64,000 nt of DNA from Gammaproteobacteria bacterium (GTDB lineage Bacteria > Pseudomonadota > Gammaproteobacteria > Eutrophobiales > Eutrophobiaceae), in NCBI GenBank assembly GCA_965221695.1, contig OZ244905.1:416001-480000 (forward strand), read 5' to 3'. The position numbers and the translations under genes are program-made. The notes beneath the pieces were generated by a model that saw only the letters and a program-made list of their open reading frames with translations, was not told the origin of the DNA and did not search any database. How positions within the stretch are numbered: the first letter of the stretch is position 1; the number at the start of each line of letters is the position of its first letter. Of the stretch, positions 42,407 through 55,407 are shown in pieces.

Positions 42407-43579
42407 ATGCCCCTGACACATAGCCAATTTCTGACACCGGAACATTTCGCCAAACTCAGCCTGCCTCTGGAAGAGGCGTATAACTTGCCCCAGGCTGCGT
42501 ATGTCTCTGATCAGATTTTCAAACTGGAAGCGGAACATTTGTTTCTATCGCACTGGGTCAACGTGGCTCACGTCAGTCAAATCCCGAAGCCCGGTGATTA
42601 TCTGTGTGTCGATGTATTTGACTATCCCCTGGTACTGACACGCGACCTGAATAATGACATTCATCTGATATCCCGAGTCTGCCAGCACAAAGGAACACTG
42701 GTTGCCGCGGGCAGCGGCAACGCAAAACTGTTTGTCTGTCCTTTTCATGCCTGGTCCTATGAACTTGATGGCAGACTGAAAGCGGCGCCGTTGATGGATA
42801 AGGTCAAAAACTTTGATCGGAAGAACTGCCAACTGAAGAAAATGCGCGTCGAGATCTGGGAAGGATTCATATTCGTCAATATAAGCGGCGATGCAGAACC
42901 GCTACATCCCCAGTTGGCAGGTTTACAAGAATTACTGGCGAACTGGCACATGGCCGATTTGGTTCCGGCACACGAGGCATTTTATTATGACCAGCGCCAG
43001 AACTGGAAAATCAATTCGGAATCATTTCTTGAGGCTTATCATCATCTTGGGGCCCATGTCAAAACGTTTCAGCCCACCTACCCTGCAGCCAACTCTTACC
43101 CCATCGCAAGCTCGGGCGCCTATTCGGTCCTCAGCTTTGGTCCGGCGCAGGCTGTATCGGCGACCAATATCGACGGCGGCACGGACCTGCCGTTTATTGA
43201 AACACTTACTGAGGCTGAACGACTGGAACCCATGGTGGCATTCGTCTGGCCTAACCTGCTACTGGGAATAGGCGCAGACATGGTTGCGTATTACCGGTTA
43301 ATGCCCACCAGCGCCGAAAGTCACGACCTGTGGCTGAATGACCTGATGCCACGCAATGTTGTAGAAGACCCGAAACTTGAAAAGGTAATCAGTGATCGCG
43401 CAAAATGGGCCAGATCCGTGCATGAAAGTGACGACATGCCCGCTTTTGAGCGTTGCCACGCCGGTATCCGCAGCCCGTTTTATGAACAAGGCAGATTGTC
43501 TGCCCCTTACGAACGTTGCATCTGGGAATTCAACCAGTGGTGGGCAGAGCGATTGGGTGAGCGAACTATACAACGATAG
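42407..43579 (+). CDS. Rieske oxygenase alpha subunit (choline monooxygenase/CntA-like group)
   Basis: CQH...CPFH; NWK..ESFLEAYHH...H; RBS GGAGG. Confidence 0.9.
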   Translation: MPLTHSQFLTPEHFAKLSLPLEEAYNLPQAAYVSDQIFKLEAEHLFLSHWVNVAHVSQIPKPGDYLCVDVFDYPLVLTRDLNNDIHLISRVCQHKGTLVAAGSGNAKLFVCPFHAWSYELDGRLKAAPLMDKVKNFDRKNCQLKKMRVEIWEGFIFVNISGDAEPLHPQLAGLQELLANWHMADLVPAHEAFYYDQRQNWKINSESFLEAYHHLGAHVKTFQPTYPAANSYPIASSGAYSVLSFGPAQAVSATNIDGGTDLPFIETLTEAERLEPMVAFVWPNLLLGIGADMVAYYRLMPTSAESHDLWLNDLMPRNVVEDPKLEKVISDRAKWARSVHESDDMPAFERCHAGIRSPFYEQGRLSAPYERCIWEFNQWWAERLGERTIQR

Positions 43580-43589
43580 AAATGACTAT

Positions 43590-43680
43590 TGGCGGAGAGG
43601 GTGGGATTCGAACCCACGAAGGGCTATCAACCCTTGCCGGTTTTCAAGACCGGTGCATTCAACCGCTCTGCCACCTCTCC
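43590..43680 (-). tRNA. tRNA-Ser(TGA)
   Basis: GGAGAGGTGGCAGAGCGG...CT-TGA-AA...long variable arm...GGTTCGAATCC...CCA. Confidence 0.97.
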
Positions 43681-43732
43681 GTTTCGAGTTGTCGCTCCCT
43701 CATCAGCTCATCAAGTTTGTACGCACCGGTTC

Positions 43733-43838
43733 CCGGCGCACTGCGACCTACCTCCCTGTAGGTCGCCCCTACGGGGCCAGCTTCGCTGTCCAAATTTGTT
43801 CCAGACAAATTTGTCAACCGCTCTGCCACCTCTCCGTT
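43733..43838 (-). repeat. Duplicated tRNA-Ser 5' fragment containing a 72-bp multi-hairpin insert
   Basis: 43814..43838 equals 43659..43683. 43733..43741 resembles 43650..43658. Insert spans 43742..43813. Confidence 0.85.
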
Positions 43839-43934
43839 CGGTAGAGGCGCCATATTTTAAGCGCGATGTCTTGAAAAGCAACTTTTTTACCCATAATATG
43901 TCATAAGTATCATGATAATCATCGGAGGTTTGAA

Positions 43935-44606
43935 ATGAGCACACAGTATGCAGTCGCTCGGCCCGCTCCAGCAACGCTGGCCACTAACAAGCTGATACGC
44001 AACACATACATCCTGCTGTCCATGACCCTACTGTTCAGCGCTTTGATGGCGGCTGTCTCTATCGCCATGAATCTGCCGAGCATGGGACTGCTGATTACCC
44101 TGGGTGGGTATTTCGGATTGTTATTCCTGACATCTGCGTTGAGGAACAGCGTCTGGGGCCTGGGCGCGATCTTCGCTCTCACCGGTTTCATGGGCCTTAC
44201 ATTAGGGCCATTCCTGAACGCATATCTACAGTTCTTCAGCAATGGCGGGCAACTGGTGATGCTGGCGTTGGGCGGCACCGGCGTGATCTTTCTTGGCCTG
44301 TCCGGTTATGCGCTGACTACCCGCAAGGATTTCAGTTTCATGGGCGGGTTCCTCATGGTGGGTATCCTGGTAGGTTTCCTGATGGGAATCTGCGCTGTTG
44401 TCTTCAGCATACCTGCTATGGCGCTGGCGGTTTCGGCCATTTTCATCCTGCTGATGTCCGGGATGATACTCTACCAGACCAGCGAGATGATCCACAGTGG
44501 AGAGACCAACTACATCATGGCAACGATCACTCTTTATGTTGCCATCTACAACCTGTTCACCAGCCTGCTTCACATTCTGGCCGCTTTCGCTGGTCAGGAG
44601 CGGTAA
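43935..44606 (+). CDS. yccA: Bax inhibitor-1/YccA family membrane protein
   Basis: NKLIRNTY.LLS, RKDFSF, ETNYI.AT; divergent from tRNA-Ser as in other Gammaproteobacteria. Confidence 0.93.
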   Translation: MSTQYAVARPAPATLATNKLIRNTYILLSMTLLFSALMAAVSIAMNLPSMGLLITLGGYFGLLFLTSALRNSVWGLGAIFALTGFMGLTLGPFLNAYLQFFSNGGQLVMLALGGTGVIFLGLSGYALTTRKDFSFMGGFLMVGILVGFLMGICAVVFSIPAMALAVSAIFILLMSGMILYQTSEMIHSGETNYIMATITLYVAIYNLFTSLLHILAAFAGQER

Positions 44607-44621
44607 GCGCTCAGTGTGAAT

Positions 44622-44651
44622 CCGGCCGGTGTGGCATGCCGCACCGGCCGG
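44622..44651. terminator. GC-rich hairpin between convergent genes
   Basis: CCGGCCGGTGTGGC-AT-GCCGCACCGGCCGG. Confidence 0.65.
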
Positions 44652-44677
44652 TTATGTTATCGGTACCGTGCCTTCTG

Positions 44678-45097
44678 TTATACGAGTTGAGCCTGAGAAA
44701 GCACTATGTCGGAAACCGAACCGGTAGCCTTCAGCAATTCCTGTAGTTTATCTATGCTGGGCAGAGTTTTTCCCTGCTCATAGCGGGCATAAGCAGTCTT
44801 GGATGTTGACCCGAGACGATCGGCTACATCTTGAACCGTGAGCTTGCTTAACTGTCTTTTTCGTTTAAGCAACAAACCAATCATCACTTTATTATCATTC
44901 GAACCAACCTCAAGAAGCCCGTCTTTGGAGCATTCGACACAGACCTCAAACCCTTTTTTATCGACCAGGCTAATAAACAGGTCTTCGACCATCAGCAGTA
45001 GTTCTTTTTTCGTTCGACCCTGCGTCATCAGTTCGAGAAACGGAATATCCGCCAACCAAAATGCGCCGTCTTTAAAGGCTTTACCTTGAAATTTCAT
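44678..45097 (-). CDS. HicB-like antitoxin with C-terminal XRE HTH
   Basis: WLADIPFLELMTQGRT (HicB-like N-terminus); LTVQDVADRLG...YARYEQG..PS (HTH). Confidence 0.8.
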   Translation of the reverse strand: MKFQGKAFKDGAFWLADIPFLELMTQGRTKKELLLMVEDLFISLVDKKGFEVCVECSKDGLLEVGSNDNKVMIGLLLKRKRQLSKLTVQDVADRLGSTSKTAYARYEQGKTLPSIDKLQELLKATGSVSDIVLSQAQLV

Positions 45098-45177
45098 TGT
45101 TTTGCCCGTTTCAAAATAGTACTGGCCAGAAGCTCATTAATTTCTGTGTGCCGAGGTATGGCCTCCTGCCGTTCACC
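45094..45177 (-). pseudogene. HicA toxin C-terminal remnant
   Basis: GERQEAIPRHTEINELLASTILKRAKQ* with ATGA overlap onto the antitoxin. The 5' part is replaced by the end of the LLM gene. Confidence 0.78.
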
Positions 45178-46217
45178 TACAGCAACTCCTCCGCCAGCAG
45201 GCGTAGCGCTTCAACCGATGCGCCGGAGGCGAGCAAGCAACCGACATCCCCACGTTTACCGGCTTCCTTCCAGCGCGACAGGCGCTCCCTGATCCGCTCG
45301 GGCGGGCCGACCAGGGACACGTCATCCACCAGGCTGTCGGGCACCGCGGCGATCGCTTCGGGTTTTCTGCCGTCCAGGAACAGCTCCTGGATTGTTGCGG
45401 CAGCAGCTTCATAGCCCAATTGCCCGGCATAGTCATTGTAAAAATTCCTGTTCTTAGCGCCCATGCCGCCGATATACAAGGCCAGTTCCTGTTTTACCAC
45501 GTTACGGCATTGTTCGAGATCTTCACCCATGCTGATGCGTACAAACGGCGCCACATCAAATTCCGCCTTGTTCTTGCCGTTCCCCGCCGCAGCAAACCCG
45601 GCTTCAATGGCTGGGGCAAACAAATCATATCTGTCCGGGTTCATCCATATCGGAAAAAATCCGTCCGCCAGTTCCGCAGCCAGACTGATGCCGCCCGGGG
45701 TAATAGCGGCAGTATAAATCTTCATGTTCGGATCGCCATGCAGAATACTTTTCAGGGGTCTGCCCAGCCCCGTGCTGTTTTCGCCCCGGTAAGGCAACTG
45801 GTAATGGTAACCGTCATACTGCACCGGCGCTTCCCGGGCAAACACCTGGCGCACGATATCGATGTATTCGCGCAGGCGCGTCAAGGGTTTGGCATAGGTC
45901 GTCCCATACCAGCCTTCCACCACCTGCGGGCCGGAGGGACCCAGGCCCAGGATAAAGCGCCCGCCGGACAGGCTCTGTAACGTCATCGCGCTCATTGCCG
46001 CCGAGGTCGGCGCGCGGGCAGGCGCCTGCATGATGGCGGTCCCCACCTTGATGCGAGAGGTTCTTGCCAGTATCCAGGCCGCCGGAGTCAACGCGTCAGA
46101 ACCGTAGGCTTCCGCAGTCCACACCGAATCAAACCCAAGCCGTTCTGCCTCAAGGATTTCATCCATGGGCAGTTTCAGTTCGCTTTGTGAATAGCCAATG
46201 GCCAGTCCGAGTTTCAA
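45177..46217 (-). CDS. LLM-class putative F420-dependent oxidoreductase
   Basis: WTAEAYGSD, LGLGPSGPQVVEGWYG, ALYIGGMG..NFY; TTG start after GAGG. Confidence 0.88.
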   Translation of the reverse strand: MKLGLAIGYSQSELKLPMDEILEAERLGFDSVWTAEAYGSDALTPAAWILARTSRIKVGTAIMQAPARAPTSAAMSAMTLQSLSGGRFILGLGPSGPQVVEGWYGTTYAKPLTRLREYIDIVRQVFAREAPVQYDGYHYQLPYRGENSTGLGRPLKSILHGDPNMKIYTAAITPGGISLAAELADGFFPIWMNPDRYDLFAPAIEAGFAAAGNGKNKAEFDVAPFVRISMGEDLEQCRNVVKQELALYIGGMGAKNRNFYNDYAGQLGYEAAAATIQELFLDGRKPEAIAAVPDSLVDDVSLVGPPERIRERLSRWKEAGKRGDVGCLLASGASVEALRLLAEELL

Positions 46218-46500
46218 CGGAGCGTCCTCATTTCCGATTTGAAAAAGACAGAATAATAGACCGAACAGCGGGATGTTGCACGTCTTGCGCAATAATTTGC
46301 CTGTCTACCCGTTTCCCGCAACGGCATACAAACTGGTTTTTTTATCTCATTGCATGTGTTAATATTAGCTCCGTTTTTGCAATGATGGTCGTAATCTGCC
46401 ATCACACACCATGTAGAAACGCCGGATTCCGGATGCTGAGGAGAACAGACCCGGCGTTTTAATACCTGACGTCAACAAACCTGCCAGAGGGGTTTTTTTT

Positions 46501-47628
<1,128 letters not shown>

Positions 47629-47644
47629 CGCTGAGGAACCATCA

Positions 47645-47935
47645 ATGGAAGCCGTATATCTCACATTCATCCTGGTCCTGTCCATATTCCTGGGCTTTGA
47701 ACTGATCAGTAAAGTACCGGCCACCCTGCACACACCGCTGATGTCCGGGGCCAACGCCATCTCCGGCATCACCCTGGTGGGCGCGCTGACCTCCGCCGGC
47801 GCCGGCAGCGCCGAAATGGCGACCCTGCTCGGCACCCTGGGCGTGACCTTCGCCTCCATCAACGTGGTCGGCGGTTACATGGTGACCAACCGCATGTTGT
47901 CGATGTTCAAGAAGAAGGAAGGTGGCGATCAATGA
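47645..47935 (+). CDS. pntAB: NAD(P) transhydrogenase alpha2
   Basis: LHTPLMSGANAISG, VTNRML.MF. Confidence 0.95.
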   Translation: MEAVYLTFILVLSIFLGFELISKVPATLHTPLMSGANAISGITLVGALTSAGAGSAEMATLLGTLGVTFASINVVGGYMVTNRMLSMFKKKEGGDQ

Positions 47936-49296
47936 GTAATGCACTGCTGATTAACCTGTCTTACGTCGCTTCGGCCGTGCTGTTCATCTTCGGCCTGAAG
48001 ATGCTCAGTTCGCCGGCTACCGCGCGCAACGGCAACCTGGTCTCCGCACTGGGCATGCTGCTTGCCATCGTCGTGACGTTGCTGGACCATTCCATCGTCG
48101 ATTTTCGCTGGATTGCCTTGGGCCTGGTCTTGGGCGGCATCATCGGCGCGCTGGCCGCGCGGCTTGTGGCAATGACCGCAATGCCGGAAATGGTGGCCAT
48201 ATTCAACGGCTTTGGCGGCATCGCCAGCCTGTTCGTTGGCTGGGCCGCGCTGCATTCCGGCGCAATCTCGACCTTCACCGTCGTGACTATCTTCCTGTCC
48301 ATACTTATCGGCGGCCTGACCTTCACCGGCAGCCTTATCGCATTCGGAAAACTGAGCGAGTCAATACCCGGTCGACCCTACATCTTCGCCGGACAGCGCA
48401 CGTTCAACAGCTTGTTGCTGACGGCCATCGTTGTCGTCGGCGTCATGTTCTGTATTGACCCCTCGAACACCACCTTGCTGTATGCGCTGATAGCGCTGTC
48501 GTTCCTGTTCGGCGTCATGGCGGTGATTCCCATCGGCGGCGCTGACATGCCCGTGGTGATATCCCTGCTCAACAGCTATTCCGGCCTGGCCGCATGTGCC
48601 GCGGGGTTTGCCATCAACAACAACATCCTGATCGTTGCCGGCTCCCTGGTGGGCGCAACCGGTATCATCCTGACCAATATCATGTGCAAGGCCATGAATC
48701 GCTCGCTGGCCAACGTACTGTTCAGCGGTTTCGGCGCGGTAAAGACAGCCCTGGCCAAGGTGGAGGGCGAGGTCAAGCCCATCACGCCGGACGATGCGTA
48801 TTACATCCTGGAGGCGGCCAGCAGTGTCGTCGTCGTGCCCGGCTACGGCATGGCTGTGGCCCAGGCCCAGCATGTAGTGAAGGAACTGCAGGAATTGCTG
48901 GAACATAACGGCGCAGAAGTCAGTTACGCGATTCACCCGGTGGCCGGCCGCATGCCCGGACACATGAACGTGCTGCTGGCGGAAGCGGATGTGCCCTACG
49001 ACCTGCTGATCGAGATGGAAGATATCAACCCGCGCATGGAGATGATGGATGTCGCCATCGTCATCGGCGCCAACGACGTGGTCAACCCCGCGGCCCGGGA
49101 GATGGAAGAAAGCCCGATATACGGCATGCCCATCATCAACGTGGACTACGCGAAGACGGTATTCGTACTCAAGCGCTCGATGGCAGCCGGCTTTGCCGGC
49201 GTGGACAACCCACTGTTCTTCGGCGAAAACACCCGCATGCTATTCGGAGACGCGAAGGAATCCATCGGCGCCCTGGTACGGGAGTTCAGTTCGTAA
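47932..49296 (+). CDS. pntB: NAD(P) transhydrogenase beta
   Basis: IGGADMPVVISLLNSYSG, HPVAGRMPGHMN, GANDVVNP. Confidence 0.96.
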   Translation: MSNALLINLSYVASAVLFIFGLKMLSSPATARNGNLVSALGMLLAIVVTLLDHSIVDFRWIALGLVLGGIIGALAARLVAMTAMPEMVAIFNGFGGIASLFVGWAALHSGAISTFTVVTIFLSILIGGLTFTGSLIAFGKLSESIPGRPYIFAGQRTFNSLLLTAIVVVGVMFCIDPSNTTLLYALIALSFLFGVMAVIPIGGADMPVVISLLNSYSGLAACAAGFAINNNILIVAGSLVGATGIILTNIMCKAMNRSLANVLFSGFGAVKTALAKVEGEVKPITPDDAYYILEAASSVVVVPGYGMAVAQAQHVVKELQELLEHNGAEVSYAIHPVAGRMPGHMNVLLAEADVPYDLLIEMEDINPRMEMMDVAIVIGANDVVNPAAREMEESPIYGMPIINVDYAKTVFVLKRSMAAGFAGVDNPLFFGENTRMLFGDAKESIGALVREFSS

Positions 49297-49324
49297 TTAC
49301 AAATCGGGTTGAAACTGGCGGTTG

Positions 49325-50599
<1,275 letters not shown>

Positions 50600-50625
50600 T
50601 CAGTTATCGGGACAGATACATACCA

Positions 50626-51936
50626 TCACTGCCCTTTGTTTTTCCTGTCCAGCGCCCGCAGACGCTCCAGTTTCTCTGCAATTTGTGTCTCAAGACCCCG
50701 GTTTGTCGGATAATAGTACCGGCGTTCCGTCATGCCCTCGGGGAAATAGTTCTCGCCTGCCGCATAAGCCTCCGGTTCATCGTGGGCATAGCGGTACTGC
50801 TTGCCGTACCCCAGTTCCTTCATCAGCCGTGTCGGCGCATTGCGCAGGTGTACCGGCACTTCCGCCGATGCGGTGGTCTTCACGTCCTCCATTACCGTAT
50901 TATACGCTTTGTACACTGCGTTGCTCTTTGGCGCGCATGCGAGGTAAACGATGGCCTGGGCAATCGCCAGCTCCCCTTCAGGCGAACCCAGTCGCTCCTG
51001 GGTCTCCCACGCGTCCAGGGCCAGGCGCAGTCCCCTGGGGTCTGCATTGCCTATGTCTTCAGAGGCCATGCGCACCACGCGCCTGGCAATATACAGGGGG
51101 TCGCAGCCTCCATCAAGCATACGCGCAAACCAGTACAAGGCCGCATCCGGGGCCGAACCGCGCACGGACTTGTGCAACGCGGAGATCTGCTCGTAAAATA
51201 CCTCTCCCCCCTTGTCGAAACGCCGGTAGCCGGCGCCGCTGATCACTTCGCTCACCAGCTCATCGGTGACCTGTTGCGCGGATGCCAGGTCTGCGGCAAC
51301 CTCCAACAGGTTGAGCGCGCGCCTGGCGTCGCCGTCGGCGCTGGATACCAGGAGTTGCAGCGCTTCGTCGGTGATCTCAAGGTTTTTGTCGCCCAGTCCA
51401 CGCTGCCGGTCCTGCAATCCCTCTATGACTACCTGCTTCAGGTGCGCCACACTGAGCGGTTTCAGCACATAGACACGCACCCTGGACAACAGTGCGTTGT
51501 TCAGTTCGAACGACGGGTTCTCGGTGGTGGCGCCGACGAAGGTGATGGTGCCGTCCTCCACATGCGGCAGGAACGCATCCTGTTGCGACTTGTTGAAGCG
51601 GTGTGCTTCATCGATGAACAGAACAGTGTCCTTTTGGTACATATCCCGGTACTGGCGCGCCTTTTCTATGGCCGCACGGATCTCCTTAACGCCGCTCAAC
51701 ACCGCGGAGAGGGTCAGGAATTGCGCACTGCAGGAACTGGTTACCAGGCGGGCAAGCGTGGTTTTACCCGTTCCGGGCGCGCCCCAGAATACCATGGAGT
51801 GCAACTGGCCCTGTTCAATGGCGCGGCGCAGCGGCTTACCCGGTCCGATAAGGTGTTCCTGCCCGGCAAACCCGTCCAGGGTTTCCGGCCGCATTCGATC
51901 CGCCAGGGGGCGATATTCGTTACTGGCAGAAGCCAC
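50626..51936 (-). CDS. rarA: Replication-associated recombination protein A
   Basis: [34 protein letters not shown]. Confidence 0.96.
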   Translation of the reverse strand: MASASNEYRPLADRMRPETLDGFAGQEHLIGPGKPLRRAIEQGQLHSMVFWGAPGTGKTTLARLVTSSCSAQFLTLSAVLSGVKEIRAAIEKARQYRDMYQKDTVLFIDEAHRFNKSQQDAFLPHVEDGTITFVGATTENPSFELNNALLSRVRVYVLKPLSVAHLKQVVIEGLQDRQRGLGDKNLEITDEALQLLVSSADGDARRALNLLEVAADLASAQQVTDELVSEVISGAGYRRFDKGGEVFYEQISALHKSVRGSAPDAALYWFARMLDGGCDPLYIARRVVRMASEDIGNADPRGLRLALDAWETQERLGSPEGELAIAQAIVYLACAPKSNAVYKAYNTVMEDVKTTASAEVPVHLRNAPTRLMKELGYGKQYRYAHDEPEAYAAGENYFPEGMTERRYYYPTNRGLETQIAEKLERLRALDRKNKGQ

Positions 51937-51945
51937 GACTCCGGG

Positions 51946-52560
51946 CTAGTTCTCTTGTCTTGCGTCGATGACTTCCATTTCGTCTGTGGGTATAAACGTA
52001 AACAGCGCCTGGTCCAATTCCGGGTTGCGCACCACATTTTCAAAGGAGATCAGCAGGGTCTGCCCCAGGTTATCGAACAGCGTCATGCCCCCCAGCTCAT
52101 CGCCCAGGAACAGCAGGCGTAGCAGGCGGTAGTGGGGTTCAGGGTTCCTCGGGATCAAATCCACCCATACACTGCCATCCTGATCTTCCAGTTGCCTGAT
52201 GGTGAAATACTCGTCCAGGTCTGTATCGCCGTCGAAAATAAGCGCCGGGGTATCCTCTATGGACTCAGATACATCACTGATGGTGACCTGCTCCAGGTCC
52301 GCCTCGTAAATCCACAGGTTGGCGCCGTCGCTGATGATTTTCTGGACATACGGTTCACGATAGAACCAGTAAAACATACCGGGACGGCGCAGACGCAGCG
52401 CTCCCCGGGACGATTCCAGCGCCTCGCCGGATGAGTCGAGCAGCACTTGTCGAAAATCCGCCGAGAAGGTATCCAGATCATCGAGAAATACATCCAGCGG
52501 GTTAGCGGCCGCCGCATTCACTGCCAGGGATAGGAGTATTGCGCAAATATTACGCATCAT
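51946..52560 (-). CDS. lolA: Outer-membrane lipoprotein carrier LolA
   Basis: Signal peptide, SADFRQ, RPG.F.W, DLEQVT; ftsK-lolA-rarA synteny. Confidence 0.92.
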   Translation of the reverse strand: MMRNICAILLSLAVNAAAANPLDVFLDDLDTFSADFRQVLLDSSGEALESSRGALRLRRPGMFYWFYREPYVQKIISDGANLWIYEADLEQVTISDVSESIEDTPALIFDGDTDLDEYFTIRQLEDQDGSVWVDLIPRNPEPHYRLLRLLFLGDELGGMTLFDNLGQTLLISFENVVRNPELDQALFTFIPTDEMEVIDARQEN

Positions 52561-52566
52561 ATACGT

Positions 52567-54909
52567 TCAATCCACTGGCGGTGGCGGTCCCGCCAGTATT
52601 TCCCGGCTGCCGTTGGCTTCCAGTGGGCCTACCAGGCCGCTGGCCTCCATTTCTTCGACGAGCCGGGCCGCGCGGTTATAGCCGATCTTGAGCCTGCGCT
52701 GGATATAGGAAATGGATGTCTTGCGGGTTTCGGTAACGATCCTCACCGCCTCGTCATAAAGCGGGTCGGCATCGTCCGGGCTGGTCTCAAGCCCCGGTAT
52801 CGGCGCCGCCCCGCCATTATTCGGGTCCAGGGTGATGTTATCCAGGTAGTTCGGACCGCCGCGGCTCTTCACGTTCTCGACGACCTTGTGCACCTCGTGG
52901 TCATCGACAAACGCGCCGTGTACCCGGATCGGCACGCTGGTGCCCGGCGGCAGGAACAGCATGTCGCCGTGCCCGAGCAGGTTCTCTGCGCCCATCTGAT
53001 CAAGTATCGTGCGCGAATCCACCTTGGAGGAAACCTGGAATGCGATACGGCAAGGAATATTGGCCTTGATCAGTCCAGTGATGACATCCACGGACGGACG
53101 TTGCGTGGCCAGGATCAGGTGGATGCCGGAAGCACGGGCCTTCTGCGCCAACCTGGCAATGAGTTCTTCCACTTTTTTGCCGACCGTCATCATCATATCC
53201 GCCAACTCGTCAATCAGGATGACGATAAAAGGGAGTTCTTCCAACTCCGGCGCGTTATCCTCGTCATCTATCGGCGTGTGGAACGGGTCCTTCAACGGCT
53301 GGCCGCGGCCGGCCGCTTCATGAATTTTCTTGTTATAACCATTGATATTGCGCACACCCAGCGCCGCCATCAGCCGGTAACGGCGTTCCATCTCGGAGAC
53401 GCACCAGCGCAGCGCGTTTGCCGCTTCCTTCATATCCGTGACGACCGGCGTCAATAAGTGCGGGATGCCTTCGTAAACGGATAACTCGAGCATCTTCGGG
53501 TCGATCATGATCAAGCGGATTTTTTTCGGGGGAGACTTATACAACAGGCTCAGGATCATCGCGTTGATTGCAACGGACTTGCCCGACCCGGTTGTGCCGG
53601 CAACCAGCAGGTGCGGCATGCGGCTCAGGTCCATGACCACGGGATGACCACTGATGTCCTTGCCTAGCGCCAGGGCTGTAGCCGAATGGAGCTCCTCGTA
53701 CTCCTTGGAACCCAGTATTTCACTCAAGGTGACCAGTTCGCGGGTGGTATTGGGTATTTCCAGTCCGATCACAGATTTGCCCGGGATCACATCGACCACG
53801 CGCACGCTGATTACCGACAACGACCTGGCCAGGTCCGTGGCAAGATTGCTGATCTGGCTGCCTTTTACGCCCGGCGCCGGTTGCAGTTCAAATCGTGTAA
53901 TCACCGGACCGGGATTGACGGCCACCACCTCCACCTGGATATTGAAGTCAAGCAGCTTCAGTTCCACCTGGCGCGACATGGCCTCCAGGGTCGCTTCCGA
54001 ATACCTGCCCTGGGACGGTCGGGGCTTGTCAAGCAGGTTCAACGGCGGCAAGGCCGCATCCGGCGGTATTTCGAACAGTGGTTCCTGCTTTTCCGCCTCG
54101 GCGCGGGCGCTGGATTCCACCTTGCTGACAACGCGTTCGATACGCGGCGGTGGCCTGTCTCTGATTTTTTTTTGTTGATTTCTCACCACCTCAGCGCGTT
54201 GTTTCTTAGTGGTGTGATAATTAATAAACTGAATTAAGTTAGAAGTATAATATACTGTTTTTTCTATTATTCTTAATGTCATATATCCGGTTTTTTCGAT
54301 CAGCCACAGCCATGACATTCCGGTGTAAAGCGTCAGACCAGCCAATACCATGGCTAGCATCAGCAGCGCGCTGCCGGCATGGCCAAGCGCCGCAAGCAAA
54401 AACTTACCGAAGGCAATGCCTAGTATTCCGCCAGCGCCGCTGACCTGATCTGGCAAGTGCGCAGGTAGATGCGCTCCGCTGTGCCCTTGCAACCAGGCCA
54501 GCGCGCACGCGCCAGAGAACAGGAGGACAAATCCGAATGTTCGCAACCCGATCAGAACACGGGTGACTGGCATACCACCCTGGCGCGATTTGAATACGCG
54601 CCATCCATCAAAGATGATTACCAGGGGGAGCAGGTATCCCGGATAACCGAACAGGTAAAGCAGGATATTGGCAATATAGGCGCCTGCCCGTCCTCCTTCA
54701 TTATGCACTTCGGCAATATTGACTGCTTGCGTCCAGCCTGGATCGGCGGGATTATAGGTCAATAACGACAGCGCTATGAACAACGCGCTGGCTATCACGA
54801 AGATAAAGCTGATTTCTTTGATGTAGCGTACAACCTCTATCTTAGAAACCGTGCCGGATTGTTTTTTTCTCGATGCCTGCTTCACGTTGTAATCGGGTCG
54901 AAATGACAC
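52567..54909 (-). CDS. ftsK: DNA translocase FtsK
   Basis: N-terminal TMs, [15 protein letters not shown], gamma domain IGYNRAARL. Confidence 0.97.
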   Translation of the reverse strand: MSFRPDYNVKQASRKKQSGTVSKIEVVRYIKEISFIFVIASALFIALSLLTYNPADPGWTQAVNIAEVHNEGGRAGAYIANILLYLFGYPGYLLPLVIIFDGWRVFKSRQGGMPVTRVLIGLRTFGFVLLFSGACALAWLQGHSGAHLPAHLPDQVSGAGGILGIAFGKFLLAALGHAGSALLMLAMVLAGLTLYTGMSWLWLIEKTGYMTLRIIEKTVYYTSNLIQFINYHTTKKQRAEVVRNQQKKIRDRPPPRIERVVSKVESSARAEAEKQEPLFEIPPDAALPPLNLLDKPRPSQGRYSEATLEAMSRQVELKLLDFNIQVEVVAVNPGPVITRFELQPAPGVKGSQISNLATDLARSLSVISVRVVDVIPGKSVIGLEIPNTTRELVTLSEILGSKEYEELHSATALALGKDISGHPVVMDLSRMPHLLVAGTTGSGKSVAINAMILSLLYKSPPKKIRLIMIDPKMLELSVYEGIPHLLTPVVTDMKEAANALRWCVSEMERRYRLMAALGVRNINGYNKKIHEAAGRGQPLKDPFHTPIDDEDNAPELEELPFIVILIDELADMMMTVGKKVEELIARLAQKARASGIHLILATQRPSVDVITGLIKANIPCRIAFQVSSKVDSRTILDQMGAENLLGHGDMLFLPPGTSVPIRVHGAFVDDHEVHKVVENVKSRGGPNYLDNITLDPNNGGAAPIPGLETSPDDADPLYDEAVRIVTETRKTSISYIQRRLKIGYNRAARLVEEMEASGLVGPLEANGSREILAGPPPPVD

Positions 54910-55097
54910 ATCCTTATTGAATTTGGCTATACATCTCTGGACCTAGTATTTAACCAGAGGTTCCTGCGATTAATATTAAGTGGTATTGCCAAAAAAGAAA
55001 AGAGGCGATGCTGAAGCCAGTTTTTTCCTGGGAGCGCGGGTGTCTCGCTTGCATCAGACTATCGGACCGGCTCCCGAGCCCTCAAGAATATAATTAA

Positions 55098-55248
55098 GGA
55101 AGCTCTGAACAAGTCCATTCCGGACTTGTCAGAGCACGCACAACAAAAATGCGATTTTCGTCGTGCTCACACAATCAATGACTTATCGTCATTGATTGTG
55201 GCGTTACTTCCCTGTATCGCAGGAAACTCTGACTTAATCAGAGTTTCC
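55098..55248. mobile_element. 151-bp MITE, copy C
   Basis: TIR GGAAGCTCTGA/TCAGAGTTTCC, TTAA on both flanks. Confidence 0.92.
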
Positions 55249-55407
55249 TTAACGAATATCTGGCGTTTAAACAGCATAGAGGGAGCAAGGATACAACAGT
55301 ATGCGATTGTGCTGTCGCCTCGTGCGCATGCTCATTTTATTATTGACTGGAATTATCTCCCATTGTTACAATCTGTTTCTTATAAAGAAAAAAAGTGGGG
55401 TGTAGTA

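Noticed and set aside
55126-55407. N-terminal extension of the TonB receptor (similarly for pgsA and vapB)
   Set aside because: The extensions read through MITE sequence; family-typical starts lie downstream.
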